Source: Dimorphilus gyrociliatus
Lineage: Eukaryota; Animalia; Annelida
Assembly: GCA_904063045.1 (NCBI GenBank)
Contig: CAJFCJ010000006.1
Location: 3,612,408-3,676,407, forward strand
Direction of reading: 5' to 3'
Length of the DNA: 64,000 nt
Under the pieces are notes generated by a model. The model was not told the origin of the DNA and did not search any database. It saw only the letters and a program-made list of their open reading frames with translations. Positions 62,222 to 64,000 of the stretch are shown piece after piece. Every line of letters begins with the position of its first letter. Positions within the stretch are counted from its first letter, which is position 1. The translations under genes and the position numbers were made by a program.

Positions 62222-64000
62222 ATGGCGGACGACAGTAATGATAACACTACGGCGTCTTCATCTAACGGTGAAGTCGTAGCTACTGATGCTGCGGCTACCA
62301 ACGAAAATACACAAGTAAGTTCGGATTTTTCCAGTTTAAACTAGTAAACAAGAGCTGAGTCATCATGGAATGTTCCACGTGCGTCACCCAACAGAGGATG
62401 ACTATTTAATGATTCAGACCCGCAACATTTCTTTTAGGGGTCAACATTTAATCGCATCTTACTTTTAATTGCCGTTGTATTTTAGGTCCAACAAAATGGG
62501 CAAAATGCTGAAAATCAACAACCTAGGCCTGGCGGATGGGCGATATTTAAATCTTTGTTATTCCGAATGTTCATCATGTATATGATAGCCAGTTTTTTTA
62601 GACGCCCTCAACAACAACAAGAGCCTCAAAAAGGTCCTGATGGCAAACCTATGCCATCTTATGGACCAGCAACGAACATGTTTCCCAAAGGATTGGCTTT
62701 GGATTTGTATGCTTATTTATCGGAGTCAGAAGTTTTTGATGACTTCAAACCTGAATCATTATTCTGGTTGGAAGAGGAGCTTGAGTATGGAGATTGGACT
62801 AGTGGTTTGACGAAAGATGGAACCTATATTAAAGACGGAAAGATAAAGGCCACTCCCGTAATTAATCACACAACTTTAGATAATTTTTCATTATTTTAAT
62901 TAAATCTTTCAGACTATTCAAAACAACGGCTCCATATATTTGCATGTTTTCATCGTTAAGGCGGGTAATTCACCTGATCCCAGAGATTCTAGTTACGATA
63001 AAAAATTTACTATCAAGAAAACCAAGCGTTCGTATTTTCTAATTATCATATCTATTGGCTAATTTTATAATGGCTTACAGGATTGAATAAATTTAAGAAA
63101 AGGAAATTTGTCCAAACGGTAAATCTTCTAACTGGAAAAAGCGATGCTCATCCTGATTTAATTAGAGTAAGATATCAAATTTAAAACTCTCTAAAAGCTT
63201 TTAATCAATCGTGTATGTAGGCTCAAAATGAATCAAAATATGAAATTCTTTCCCACTGGCATCCAAATCTTACTATTAACCTAGTTGATGATCATACAGC
63301 CTGGACTAGGGGAGCCGTACCAGCTCCCTTAGATGAATGTAAGTTTCGAAATTATAAATTTTTTTTAGTTTATCACTTTACTTTTTTACAGTTATCGAAT
63401 TTCATCCGACTGTTAATCAGTACTATCCTGTTGTATATTTAAATGATTATTGGAATATGAACAATGAATATTTTCCCCTTAATGACACAATCAAGTGAGT
63501 TTTGATATAGTGTTAATATATTTTTTATCTAAATATTGAATATTTTCGCAGAGAATTGAACTTTTCATTAACATTCGCTCCAATGTCACTATTTAAATGG
63601 CAGATTTATGCTGCTCAATCGATGAGAAATAAATGGTATAGTTTCATGTCAGATATGAATGATGGGGACGATGAAGATCAAGACTCATTGAAAGTAAACA
63701 CTTCAACTATTGTAAAAATATTTACTAATTCTTTGTTTTATACAGCAAACTTTAATCGAAACTAATCCGTATCTTTTAGCTTTAACTGTTGTTGTTTCAC
63801 TAGTTCATAGTGTTTTTGAATTTTTGGCTTTTAAAAATGGTAATGTTGCAATACGTAGTGATTTAATCCAGAAGTATCAAATTTATCTTCTTTGTAGATA
63901 TTCAATTTTGGAAAAATAGGAAATCTTTAGAAGGACTCTCTGTTCGATCAGTATTTTTCAATGTGTTTCAGTCATTAATAGTCTGTTTATATGTACTTGA
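62222..64000 (+). CDS. CLPTM1: Cleft lip and palate transmembrane protein 1 (CLPTM1), 5' part, truncated by the window end
   Basis: LLFRMFIMYMIASFFR, IQNNGSIYLHV, SHWHPNLTINLVDDHT, YYPVVYLNDYW, FKWQIYAAQ, LTVVVSLVHSVFEFLAFKN, DIQFWKNRKSLEGLSVRSV. Confidence 0.92.

Overview
This is a gene-dense, AT-rich animal genomic window with mostly 50-70 nt GT-AG introns. An intact dachs myosin, HES, menin and an ATD-bearing ionotropic receptor point to a non-chordate bilaterian, probably a compact-genome lophotrochozoan such as a small annelid (inference). I can support 22 protein-coding genes, in order: EHMT (G9a/GLP), dachs, a Reeler-domain membrane protein only partly in the ORF track, HES, an EGF/TSP1 type-I membrane protein, LMTK/AATK, cytohesin, UBOX5, an SLC7 transporter, a divergent iGluR/IR, an M28 peptidase homologue, AK2, CCDC96, a non-canonical IP3-receptor-like channel, a small HSP, WDR54, TASP1, CDK5, HPRT, ATPAF1, ADPGK, MEN1 and the truncated 5' part of CLPTM1. 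Three larger intergenic gaps hold decayed relics: a Toll-like receptor, a class A GPCR and possibly a kinase. The most interesting observations are: (1) a GPI-type M28 peptidase that has lost three of five zinc ligands, 138 bp upstream of an orphan ionotropic receptor lacking the glutamate-binding Arg; (2) two in-frame candidate microexons at the cytohesin PH-domain site that sets lipid specificity; (3) a G9a orthologue with Tyr at the Phe/Tyr product-specificity switch; (4) a HES without WRPW under a Su(H)-site cluster; (5) an IP3R-like channel with a YGLVGD filter. All identifications come from manual translation and remembered family motifs, with no database searches. I saw no tRNA, rRNA, CRISPR array or clear transposon.
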